Positions 38,718 through 47,462 of a stretch of 64,000 nt of DNA are shown here, one piece after another (positions within the stretch are counted from its first letter, which is position 1; each line of letters opens with the position of its first letter). The notes below the pieces were generated by a model. That model was not told the DNA's origin and ran no database searches. It saw nothing but the letters and a program-made list of their open reading frames with translations. Location: the sequence record OM319461.1; one strand, 5' to 3'. Made by a program: the position numbers and the translations under genes.

Positions 38718-39728
38718 TTAAAAGTAAAACTTGGCGACAACTGATTCTTTTTCATCTAGTGACCATTCTTTCGTGTACTGCATTGTACGGTTACGGATAG
38801 TTAGACTGTAAAGAGCACCATCATCATTAAATTGATACTCGAATTTAAAGATAAGTGAATCGCGCTTTGTTGTCGTTGCTTCTAAATACGTAGCGGCAAG
38901 TAACTTCTCTTTACCTTCGGTATAGTAGAATCTTGTCAGATCAGTATCATCTCGTTTTATATCGAGTGCAAGACCAAGGTTATTGTACTCAGTGATGACA
39001 TCCTTGCCTTTGAGTTTCGGATGTACCGAATCAGATTTTGTACGGATGAATCTACGGTCATCGAAAGTACTGACGGTTGTTTCAACACGCGGGAGGTGTG
39101 GCACATGTAGCTGGTACTCTTTGCGTGATGCCGCAGGGTTGTCCGCAACAACCTTGGTGATAAGAACTTCTGGAGTCTTTTCGATTTTGTTTTCACCGTT
39201 TTCGGAGTACCAACGTCCAGTAATTGCATGGGCACCAAACGACGATGTTTCAACCCAATCTCCAATTTCTTTCTTAGGGTGCATCCCAGTATCGTCATAG
39301 TCGAGGTACAAGCGTTCTCTTGTATAGTCTTCTAATTCAAATACTTCTTGCGCTACACGAGTGCTGTGCTCCATGACTAGTTCTTGATGGTCGGCAAGTA
39401 CCTTGTCAAGACTTGGCAATATCCCGCCGAGAGACATATGCTCGCGTGCCTTTGCTTGTAGTGTGTCAGTATTAATGTCCTTTGTCACAAGACAAAGTGT
39501 ATGACTGCGCGCAGTGACAACATATAGTCTGTTGATGCCATAGTCCATTTTTGTGCGAACTATCGCAGACTGATCTTTAACTGGTTTCCACCCCCAAGCC
39601 TCTAGAAGTTGGCTCTTAAAGATCTGTTCCCATGTCAGTGTTTCTGACTTTACAAGTCGGTCAACAAGTACCGCTGTTTCAGTAGGAATGTTAAGAATTT
39701 CAGCTAGGTTTAATTCACGAGTAAACAT
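38718..39728 (-). CDS. Hypothetical protein with beta-rich C-terminus
   Basis: ORF track 38718..39833; likely start ATG 39728 after GGAG. Confidence 0.7.
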   Translation of the reverse strand: MFTRELNLAEILNIPTETAVLVDRLVKSETLTWEQIFKSQLLEAWGWKPVKDQSAIVRTKMDYGINRLYVVTARSHTLCLVTKDINTDTLQAKAREHMSLGGILPSLDKVLADHQELVMEHSTRVAQEVFELEDYTRERLYLDYDDTGMHPKKEIGDWVETSSFGAHAITGRWYSENGENKIEKTPEVLITKVVADNPAASRKEYQLHVPHLPRVETTVSTFDDRRFIRTKSDSVHPKLKGKDVITEYNNLGLALDIKRDDTDLTRFYYTEGKEKLLAATYLEATTTKRDSLIFKFEYQFNDDGALYSLTIRNRTMQYTKEWSLDEKESVVAKFYF

Positions 39729-39774
39729 AATGGGTTCTCCATACAATGGCAGGTTCTCTACCAAAGGTTTAAAA

Positions 39775-40200
39775 AAATAAAAATAATGAGAATAGGCCCA
39801 TATCCAAAGGAGACGGGCACTCACACGTTTCATAGCTTTTGTAAGGTCAATGACTCTTAAAGAAACGAACTACACGCTAGGACGCTTCCCGAAGAGAAAT
39901 TGAGCCACTTGCCTGAGACAGAGTGGCGTTCACACATTAAATGCTAAATTGCTTCTGTAATGTAATCCAGAAGTTAATTGGAAAGTGCGCTGATGCGCGA
40001 GTATTACCATTTGGTAATTAGGTAAAGAGACATAGCCATCGGGAGGAGACTTAATTCCTGAGGCCAAAAGTTTTACAATCGTAACATTCCGCTAGATTGA
40101 AGATGCCCGAACATCTCAGTTACACATATCGTTTCTAACAACGTTGGTTAGCTATGTCTCTTAAATCGTAATAATCAGAGGCCATAAATCATGACCTCTT
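39775..40200 (-). ncRNA. Candidate structured ncRNA locus (about 425 nt)
   Basis: 12-bp long-range stem AAGAGACATAGC/GCTATGTCTCTT (40162-40151 with 40036-40025), at least six further hairpins, terminal hairpin plus U-run at about 39818-39770. Confidence 0.55.
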
Positions 40201-40211
40201 GTTATTAAGAC

Positions 40212-40301
40212 TTAGTCGGCAAACATGCCGTCTTCGTAGTCTGCTTCTTCTGGATCATCAAACGCTAGGTTTGGATCGCATTCGTAATCTTGATCTTCCA
40301 T
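40212..40301 (-). CDS. Unlisted 29-aa acidic peptide MEDQDYECDPNLAFDDPEEADYEDGMFAD
   Basis: TAATG overlap with the stop of the upstream ORF; codon-like periodicity. Confidence 0.65.
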   Translation of the reverse strand: MEDQDYECDPNLAFDDPEEADYEDGMFAD

Positions 40302-40621
40302 TATGCTAGTAGACCTTCATACTTTGCCAGCTCGACTTTCTGTGCTTCGATCTGTGCCTGTACTGTAACAGTAGTTGCACGTCCATTGTTTCCAGGAATC
40401 TTTTCGCGTTTAACACGACCAGGGAAACGTTTGCCGAGCTCAGCCAACTTGAATGAGTTCTTGCAAAGCTCTGCAAGCATGCCTACCAATACACGATCCA
40501 CTGATGGGTCTTGCTTAGGTTGCTTGTGAACAAAACGAGGACTATTGCGATGCTCATCACGAGGTGCTGAACGACGACGATCACCAAAAGTACGACGGCC
40601 ACGGCCATAAAGAGTAGTCAT
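40301..40621 (-). CDS. Basic protein with Arg-rich N-terminus
   Basis: GRGRRTFGDRRRSAPRDEHR; GGAG RBS. Confidence 0.7.
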   Translation of the reverse strand: MTTLYGRGRRTFGDRRRSAPRDEHRNSPRFVHKQPKQDPSVDRVLVGMLAELCKNSFKLAELGKRFPGRVKREKIPGNNGRATTVTVQAQIEAQKVELAKYEGLLA

Positions 40622-40666
40622 AATAAAAATCTCCAGATTGAGTGTGTGATAAATTGAGGGTTGGTA

Positions 40667-41095
40667 TTAAGCGTCTGATTCTAGATCGCCAGCGCCAAAG
40701 TCCATACCAGCGACAAGGTCGGTAGCGTAAGACAGAACATCGTCTTTGCCATGCGAGACAATATTGAACGCTGTAACCGAATAGCCGTTTTTAGTTTCGC
40801 CGGCAATTTCAATTTCTTTGTCTACTGTGTGTTCGATTGAGCCACGGGTAGTTTCAAAGTGCGTAGTGATGTGATCTAGATTGTTTTCAGCCATAACTCG
40901 TGCAGATGCAATAAGTGATGCCGCACCAAAGTCAGCCACAAACTCTTCTGCTTTTTCCAGAGTAGCCATTGAAAGACCTTCTGGTAGAACCGACTCCATT
41001 ACTGACTTGTCACCGCTAACGTGGTTACCTGTGATAGTCACGTTCTTTTGTACAGTTTCAGCCATGGTGTTGATCATATCGAATTTAGAAGACAT
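40667..41095 (-). CDS. Hypothetical protein (142 aa)
   Basis: AAGGA RBS; downstream of TCTATATAAC at 41186-41195. Confidence 0.75.
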   Translation of the reverse strand: MSSKFDMINTMAETVQKNVTITGNHVSGDKSVMESVLPEGLSMATLEKAEEFVADFGAASLIASARVMAENNLDHITTHFETTRGSIEHTVDKEIEIAGETKNGYSVTAFNIVSHGKDDVLSYATDLVAGMDFGAGDLESDA

Positions 41096-41252
41096 GTGTA
41101 TTCCTTTTAATGAATGGTTAGTTGCACACTATTGTGCATGCATGTAAATATCAACAATTAGAGTTTAACAACCCTATGCACTTCAGTTATATAGAAATGA
41201 AAAAGCTTTGAAAATAAGATACGGGGCCGAAACCCCGTATCTTTTATTATTA

Positions 41253-41513
41253 TTATTGTGTTGCCAGCTTTAACCATCGGTTACCAGCAGCATGTATAAA
41301 GATCTGTACGATTTCAGGTAAGTCCTGTTCTTGTGCAGAGTTACGTGCTGTTTCCCAGTTGGTTAGGTCGACCTTGACGTTGTTAGTACGCAGTACGTTT
41401 TCAGCAATAAGGTCCAAAGACTTTGTGGACTTAGCTCGCTGTAAGAATACCTCGCAATCTTTTGCGGTACTTAATTTTTTAAGATAGCGACATTTTGTCA
41501 CAAGATGTGGCAT
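41253..41513 (-). CDS. Hypothetical protein (86 aa)
   Basis: TAATG-coupled to the protease; terminator at about 41220-41241. Confidence 0.7.
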   Translation of the reverse strand: MPHLVTKCRYLKKLSTAKDCEVFLQRAKSTKSLDLIAENVLRTNNVKVDLTNWETARNSAQEQDLPEIVQIFIHAAGNRWLKLATQ

Positions 41514-42334
41514 TAGAAAAGATCCGTCGCATGTAGTGACAATAGCTCTACTTTGTTCCAGCCAAGTTCATCTTTGATCATGGTGGTTGAAACGGCTTTC
41601 GAGTCTTCGATGCCAGTTAGACTAGATAGGTGATCTGCTACAGCTGCTGCTGCATTCAAGTCTTCTATAGAGAACTCAAGTTCAAGCAGAGAATCCATGC
41701 CTGCGTTGTCCACATAGCCTTCAGTATCAAACTGTGCTGGGGAATTGTACTTCGTGCACAAGTCAACGCCTGGTAGGTTAACGTAGTCCCATGTAAAGAT
41801 CGTGTGGATCTCTTTCTCAAGACGCATGTTGCCATCTGGGCCTTTGCGTTCATGGCGCTTAGACGCAGAACGAATCGAGAACGAACAGTTTTGTTCATCG
41901 TTACCGAATGCAGACTCCAGACAAGAAGCATAAGGACCGAAAGGTTTAACCCAGCCCATTGCTAGGACAACGTCGTTTCCTTCGTGGTCTTTTGCATGTT
42001 TAAGAACGATGTCTTTGATGTGGTGTGACATGTGCTTTTCCGTAATCGTACGAAAACGGTTAACAAATGACTGAACGCTTTCACCCGGTTGTAATGTAGG
42101 ATGTCCCCATTCACCGTAAAGGTTACGCTCACGTGCACGCGTCATCAACTGAGAGGAAGCCTTAAATAGGTTTTCTAGCTCTCGAGTAAATTTGTAATAA
42201 GCTCGACCGTCTCCGCGGTTCGAGTAGTTAAACGCACTAAGGGTTACTAAACGATAGCCCTTACTGTCTGTTTGTAATTCAGAAGCTTGTTGTACGTTTA
42301 GTACGTCACTTCCGAAGTATGCAATATTATCCAT
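41513..42334 (-). CDS. Prohead (head maturation) protease (phiKZ gp175-like)
   Basis: LYGEWGHP and CSFSIRS catalytic motifs, TWDYVNLPG. Confidence 0.88.
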   Translation of the reverse strand: MDNIAYFGSDVLNVQQASELQTDSKGYRLVTLSAFNYSNRGDGRAYYKFTRELENLFKASSQLMTRARERNLYGEWGHPTLQPGESVQSFVNRFRTITEKHMSHHIKDIVLKHAKDHEGNDVVLAMGWVKPFGPYASCLESAFGNDEQNCSFSIRSASKRHERKGPDGNMRLEKEIHTIFTWDYVNLPGVDLCTKYNSPAQFDTEGYVDNAGMDSLLELEFSIEDLNAAAAVADHLSSLTGIEDSKAVSTTMIKDELGWNKVELLSLHATDLF

Positions 42335-42342
42335 GCCAACCT

Positions 42343-43071
42343 CTATGAGATAAGTATTTGCTCTACTTCTTCGATGTTTTCCGACGGGTTAACTAATGCA
42401 GAGTTAAAGCCCTGTGCCAGATAAGAACCAAGCAAACGCGTGGTTGTGTTATCGGCAACATAAGCAACGGAACGTAGAGCGATGCGGTCTACCTTCATTG
42501 CGTGGAAATCACTTTGCTTCTTATATAGTTCACGAGCCGGTTGTGTTCTATCTTGCGTCGCACGAGTTGTGGTAGCATTATAGATACGAAGAAGAGAGTA
42601 GTTTGTTTGTAGGTCAACGCCAGTAAACTCTTTGATTGAGTCAAGTAGCTTACATTGGTCGATGTTGTCCATGTATGGAGGAATTCGGTTTTTGGTAACG
42701 AACTCATCGTAAATCTCGAACGCCAGAGAAGAACGCTGAACAAGATTAAGGTTTGGACAAATCACGTCACCTTTTTCCCAAGTGAGTTCATAGTAATCTA
42801 CTTGGTTGATTTTGGTGATCGTTGAACCTGCCGGAGTCAAAGGTATGATTGAACAGATAGAACATACGTCCCATGTCCCGTCTTCCAATACAACCACGAA
42901 GATAGCGACTGTATTAAAACGTTCATCAAGATTACCAAGCTTACCACCTAGATAGCGCTTAGGAAAAAGAATTCTGATTTTTTCTTTAGCAATCCATTTA
43001 TGATATTTTGTTTCTTCATGGATGGCCGCCATAACTTTATCGCGATTTCTTTTCTTTTGATCAAATTCCAT
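42343..43071 (-). CDS. Conserved core protein (phiKZ gp176-like)
   Basis: 242 aa, synteny between gp177-like gene and protease. Confidence 0.7.
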   Translation of the reverse strand: MEFDQKKRNRDKVMAAIHEETKYHKWIAKEKIRILFPKRYLGGKLGNLDERFNTVAIFVVVLEDGTWDVCSICSIIPLTPAGSTITKINQVDYYELTWEKGDVICPNLNLVQRSSLAFEIYDEFVTKNRIPPYMDNIDQCKLLDSIKEFTGVDLQTNYSLLRIYNATTTRATQDRTQPARELYKKQSDFHAMKVDRIALRSVAYVADNTTTRLLGSYLAQGFNSALVNPSENIEEVEQILIS

Positions 43072-43125
43072 CGATAAATCCTTAAAAGGAAAATGCGACC
43101 AGGATTACCCCAGCCGCATCCTTTG

Positions 43126-44616
43126 TTAACCTACAGAGACAGGAGTACTGAGCTCATTGCCAACGCTAAAAGGTTGGGTAATGGTTTGCTTAGCCATAAA
43201 GCGAGCAAGCAGACGTGCGATGCCAAACTCAAGAGCTTTTTGTAGTGATGCATCTTCGTTGCCGTCACGCTCTAGGTAGTTTTGCATTTCTGTGATTACC
43301 ACTTCGGCATCAAGACCACGACCGATTGTTTTACATACAGCGCGTGTCACATAAGCTACGTCTGTTGTCAACTGATCTTTACGTGCATGGTTGAAGTACT
43401 CGCGTACAGCAGCAACATCATCGCGTAGTGATTCTTTTGCTGTTTCTGAGCGCTCTGCTTCTGAGTTAAGATGACGAACGATTGCACTTTCTGTGATGCG
43501 TTCGATTTGTGACTCTGAAACAGTACGTGAAATCACTGACGCTTTCTTCATTGCGAAGTTGTAACGATCAACAAGTTCTTTCGGATCTTTGATCTCGCCA
43601 TTAAGAACATTTGTCGCAGTAGTGCCGTAAGCAACAAGAGCACCGAGAACCAACTCTTTTGTATTCTCTTCAGCTTCGACCCATTTCATGTAACGAGCTT
43701 CGTCAGCATGAACGATCTTTTTGTTTTCAGTACCAAGGAATACGCGTTCGTTCTTAGCTTCACGAGCAAGGTAATCCATGCGTTGGTTAACTGCCCATTG
43801 GTAAGAAGAAATAGCACCTGCTAGTTCAACACGCTCATTTGCATCTAGTGCATCAGGCGATACTAGTGGATGGTTACCAGCACGAACACCACGCAAGAAC
43901 ATAAACGTCAATAGGTCACTGTGCTCTAGATAAGCAGACATCAAACCGATACGCTTTGGCTCTAGGAAGATAACGCCGCTTACTTCAAAGCCAGTGTCAA
44001 CATAGCTCTTTTCGTTGCCCACGTACGCTTCGTTTGATTTAGTTACGAGAGCTGCAAGTTCAGTATTGATTTCAGCAGAAGGTGTCTTCATTGTTTCGAT
44101 AAGCTGTGGAACAGTTAGATCAGAAACAAGTTTGCGAAGCAGTGAACCACCGATAGACTTTTTGCGTTGTTCACGAAGACTTGGGTTTTTAACTGCCTGC
44201 TCTAAATAAGAACTAGAGTAAACGTTTGGAAGACGATGTAACTGAACACCAAGACCTAAAGCATTTTGCTCTGCGATCTCAATACGAGCACGTGTAATTT
44301 CACTGCGGATTTCACGAACTAGAGGATTGATCTCTTCTTGAATAAGACGTAGTGTTTTACGCTCAAGAACACTCTTCAAGTTGTGTGCAAGTACCGCTAC
44401 TTCTTCACCGTGATCATGTGGGTTCAGAGCATGTGGAGCCGAGGCAGACATAATTGCATCAGCACCTTTGTTGCGGAATTCTGCTTCAGTAATGCCACTT
44501 AGAGTAGTCACAAGAGCCGCAAGCGGAGATGCTGGGATAGCAGAAAGAACTAAACCGCGTGCACTAGCATTGCCTGCAACTACCATGCCTTGGGCAGTAC
44601 TATGTGAATTAAGCAT
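43126..44616 (-). CDS. Conserved core/virion protein (phiKZ gp177-like)
   Basis: 496 aa, synteny downstream of vRNAP beta. Confidence 0.65.
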   Translation of the reverse strand: MLNSHSTAQGMVVAGNASARGLVLSAIPASPLAALVTTLSGITEAEFRNKGADAIMSASAPHALNPHDHGEEVAVLAHNLKSVLERKTLRLIQEEINPLVREIRSEITRARIEIAEQNALGLGVQLHRLPNVYSSSYLEQAVKNPSLREQRKKSIGGSLLRKLVSDLTVPQLIETMKTPSAEINTELAALVTKSNEAYVGNEKSYVDTGFEVSGVIFLEPKRIGLMSAYLEHSDLLTFMFLRGVRAGNHPLVSPDALDANERVELAGAISSYQWAVNQRMDYLAREAKNERVFLGTENKKIVHADEARYMKWVEAEENTKELVLGALVAYGTTATNVLNGEIKDPKELVDRYNFAMKKASVISRTVSESQIERITESAIVRHLNSEAERSETAKESLRDDVAAVREYFNHARKDQLTTDVAYVTRAVCKTIGRGLDAEVVITEMQNYLERDGNEDASLQKALEFGIARLLARFMAKQTITQPFSVGNELSTPVSVG

Positions 44617-44794
44617 TGTGTTCTCTCCGATTGATAAGTTCTTGGTTGTATTCAGCAGCAGCGATTTGTGCTACTGATTCCATATCGATCTTGCCAAGGT
44701 AGCCACCTTCCATCTTTTGCATGGTTTGGCACACAAGATCAATAGCTGCAACAGCAACTGTTGCATTTTGTTTTCTTATTTGATCTGTTAACAT
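44609..44794 (-). CDS. Small hypothetical protein (61 aa)
   Basis: GGAG RBS, overlaps the next gene. Confidence 0.6.
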   Translation of the reverse strand: MLTDQIRKQNATVAVAAIDLVCQTMQKMEGGYLGKIDMESVAQIAAAEYNQELINRREHNA

Positions 44795-44892
44795 GTTAAA
44801 CTCCAGTTTGTCCTTCTTTTGCCAATGCGCTTTTGGCTAGGACGCTGATTTATAGAAAAGGGCGCGTACGCCCTATCCTATTTGTGCTGCTT

Positions 44893-46023
44893 TTACTTCT
44901 TTGGCCCGTTGACTAGGATGTCCATTGCCATTTCAGTAACGCGAATCATCGTGGTATTCACAGTACCTTGTTTGATAGGTGAACCTACGATACGGTCGTT
45001 TACGGAACGATAACCAAAGATAACATCTAGCTCTTTTCCGTCCATGGTTTGGTTAACACCATCCAGTGTACCGCCTGGAACAGACTTGAGCTGGTTACCC
45101 ATCGCATGTTTATCACCGATAGAGTGAGGCAGCAGGCTATCGATAAAGATAGAGATTACCATCGTACCTTCGATTACTTTCTCACCACTTACGAAAGTAG
45201 CACGAGAGATCTGTCCGGTCTTGGCAATACGTCCACCCATTTCACGAGCATGTTTTGCACGTCGTTTGTTATCGGCTTCAATGATTGTGCGTAGACTAGG
45301 ACTGAAGTCTTCAAGCTTACCATTGTAAACAACTTCGATTCGCGTAATCTTACCTTGCTTACCAGCAGTCGGGTTAGAGCCAACTAGTTTATCAAGAGCA
45401 GCAAGAGAAGCATCTGTATTAGCAATGCCTTCTGTACCGCCTTCAAGAATACGACAAAGAATCGTATCGTCTTCTACATCAGTACCAACTTCTAACAAAC
45501 CTTCGACTGATTGATCTGCACGAATCAAAAGACCTTTTTCTTTTGAAGTCCATGTACTAAGTTTCTTAGTAACACGTGGACCGATGCGAGAACCATCTTC
45601 TAGGGTATCATTGTTTTCCATTAGTGCCGTGCGGAACATTGCACCAGTCTTCATAACTACGTTACGAGGACTAAAGAAGTCACGCTCAAAGAAGCCAACG
45701 TTCCATGCAAGAATGTCACCGGCTACAAATGTATCGCCAGCTTTCAAATCAGTTTCGAAGTGATGAGGAATAGCTTTACCTTCGGCCTTGCCGTGGATAA
45801 TGCCAATCTCAAAACCTTTCGTAGAACCGTCTTTGTATTCTAGTTTCATGTAACGATCATCGATCTTCGCAATCTTGCCTTCCTGTTCCGCCTTAACAAC
45901 ATACAGTGAACCAAGACGCGATGCAACAACTGCATCATAACCAGTGCGACACGGCATTACGTCGTAGCCAATGGCAGGAGTAAATGCTGACATCTGAACT
46001 GACCCTAAATTCTGTCGCTTCGC
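44893..46023 (-). CDS. Virion RNAP beta subunit, exon 2
   Basis: Starts GCG AAG CGA after terminal G 46024; spliced HHDD|AKRQNLGSVQ resembles RpoB EHDDANRALMGANMQ; also GDKHAMGNQLKSV. Confidence 0.9.
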   Translation of the reverse strand, partial: AKRQNLGSVQMSAFTPAIGYDVMPCRTGYDAVVASRLGSLYVVKAEQEGKIAKIDDRYMKLEYKDGSTKGFEIGIIHGKAEGKAIPHHFETDLKAGDTFVAGDILAWNVGFFERDFFSPRNVVMKTGAMFRTALMENNDTLEDGSRIGPRVTKKLSTWTSKEKGLLIRADQSVEGLLEVGTDVEDDTILCRILEGGTEGIANTDASLAALDKLVGSNPTAGKQGKITRIEVVYNGKLEDFSPSLRTIIEADNKRRAKHAREMGGRIAKTGQISRATFVSGEKVIEGTMVISIFIDSLLPHSIGDKHAMGNQLKSVPGGTLDGVNQTMDGKELDVIFGYRSVNDRIVGSPIKQGTVNTTMIRVTEMAMDILVNGPKK

Positions 46024-47462
46024 CAATATCTTCAGGAAGTTCGTTAAGCTTCCCCTGTTTATACAGCTCTGTCATTACAACAGAAAGTAACAGCGCGACT
46101 CACTGTTACGTTGAGACTATATCATACCTGCTTCACTATTACCGCTAACAGGTTCCTTCCGCTTCCATTTAAGGGATTCAATACCCACCCACTTGGGCCG
46201 TACTCTACTCGCTTCTTCATTGTGGTATTTCTCCACAAATCTGCTTTCGATAGTCGTTGAACTTTCCTCGTATCCGTAGACTTAGAGGCTTAGCTGCGCT
46301 AGGGACTTGATGTCCGATTTTCCCAGGTAAAGCATTCTTACGTTGTCTTCTCTATTTCTAGGAAGGATAGTAGCTTTACTTTTAACAGGAGGTTCCCGCA
46401 ATTCAAAAGGATTTAAAGACGACCCGTGTTTTTTCTATCACTATAAAAGCAATAGGTACAGTTGTCGAAAATTCTTTCACCCTTTGTTTTACATCTGTAG
46501 AACAAAGTAGTTTTATTTATTTCCAGGGTCTCATAAGCGTCCTTGGCCGTGAGAAAGATTGTCTCTTTGCCAATATCCATATTTTTGACTATGACCACTC
46601 TCTGTGATGTACAGCGCTCATAATCTTCATATGGATCTTCAAAAGTTCTCCAGTCTTCATCGCCGAGCTTAAATTGCAGTAGCTTGGTGGTGGTTAGCTG
46701 GTGACCTTTCTTTAGCCATTCGCTTATGTAGGTAGGAACAATATCGAAAAAACTAGCAGCCTCGTTGATCTTGGAAAATTCAAAAATCTCTCCAGTCAAA
46801 ACTTTCTTGACGCAGATCTTTTTGGTATTACCAGGAGTCATCGTTTTAGTATTCTCGGTCCATTTTGGTTTTTCTAAAACCAAAGAATATTGTTTCTGTT
46901 CTGGCCAGATAGTCCCTTCGGAAAACTGGACCCGATATTTTATTGCCTCGTATGACATATCCAAGCATACTCCAGCTTCTTTGAGACTTGGATAAAAATC
47001 CACTTCCCCTGTTGAAGCGTCCCTAACTAAGACTGGCTTACATTTGCTGCTTAACTTGTTAAGTCCAGCATGATGACAGTTTTGTTGTGGAGTAGCCCAC
47101 TCTAGGTTGTCGAGGAAATCATCACCCTTTATTCCATTCTTGTGGTTAACATATTTTTCTTCTGGGTTGGCAATTGGCTTAAATGTCAAGCACATTAATC
47201 GATGTCTGCCGATAGTCATCGTATCGCCTTTGTCATTACGTAGACGATAGTGACAATACCCAGCCGGGTTTATCGAACCACTAAGTTCCTTTGTGGTAAT
47301 CGAACTGTAGACAGTGCCGTCTTCATCGATACCATAATCAGGATATCCTGGAATCTGGAAATATTTTAAATTTTCTCTAAGTCTAATCATTTTTCAATGT
47401 CCCAAAATTATTACCATGTAATTAGGGGTATAAACTTAGTTTTTGTACAAGCACCCTTATTG
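46024..47462 (-). mobile_element. Group I intron 2 (in vRNAP beta)
   Basis: 5' exon ends in U (GAT 47463); IGS GTCGTC at about 46423-46418 pairs exon GACGAT; P AATTGCGGGAA, R TTCAACGACTA, S GATATAGTC. Confidence 0.92.
46413..47390 (-). CDS. Intron-encoded HNH homing endonuclease (NUMOD4-HNH-NUMOD1 type)
   Basis: IPGYPDYGIDEDG; HRLMCLTF...VNHKNGIKGDDFLDNLEWATPQQNCHHA; repeated F.S..EAA units. Confidence 0.9.
   Translation of the reverse strand: MIRLRENLKYFQIPGYPDYGIDEDGTVYSSITTKELSGSINPAGYCHYRLRNDKGDTMTIGRHRLMCLTFKPIANPEEKYVNHKNGIKGDDFLDNLEWATPQQNCHHAGLNKLSSKCKPVLVRDASTGEVDFYPSLKEAGVCLDMSYEAIKYRVQFSEGTIWPEQKQYSLVLEKPKWTENTKTMTPGNTKKICVKKVLTGEIFEFSKINEAASFFDIVPTYISEWLKKGHQLTTTKLLQFKLGDEDWRTFEDPYEDYERCTSQRVVIVKNMDIGKETIFLTAKDAYETLEINKTTLFYRCKTKGERIFDNCTYCFYSDRKNTGRL

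Noticed and set aside
46024-46026. TTG start making 44893..46026 a standalone gene
   Set aside because: The G is the intron terminal G; the ORF is exon 2 of vRNAP beta.
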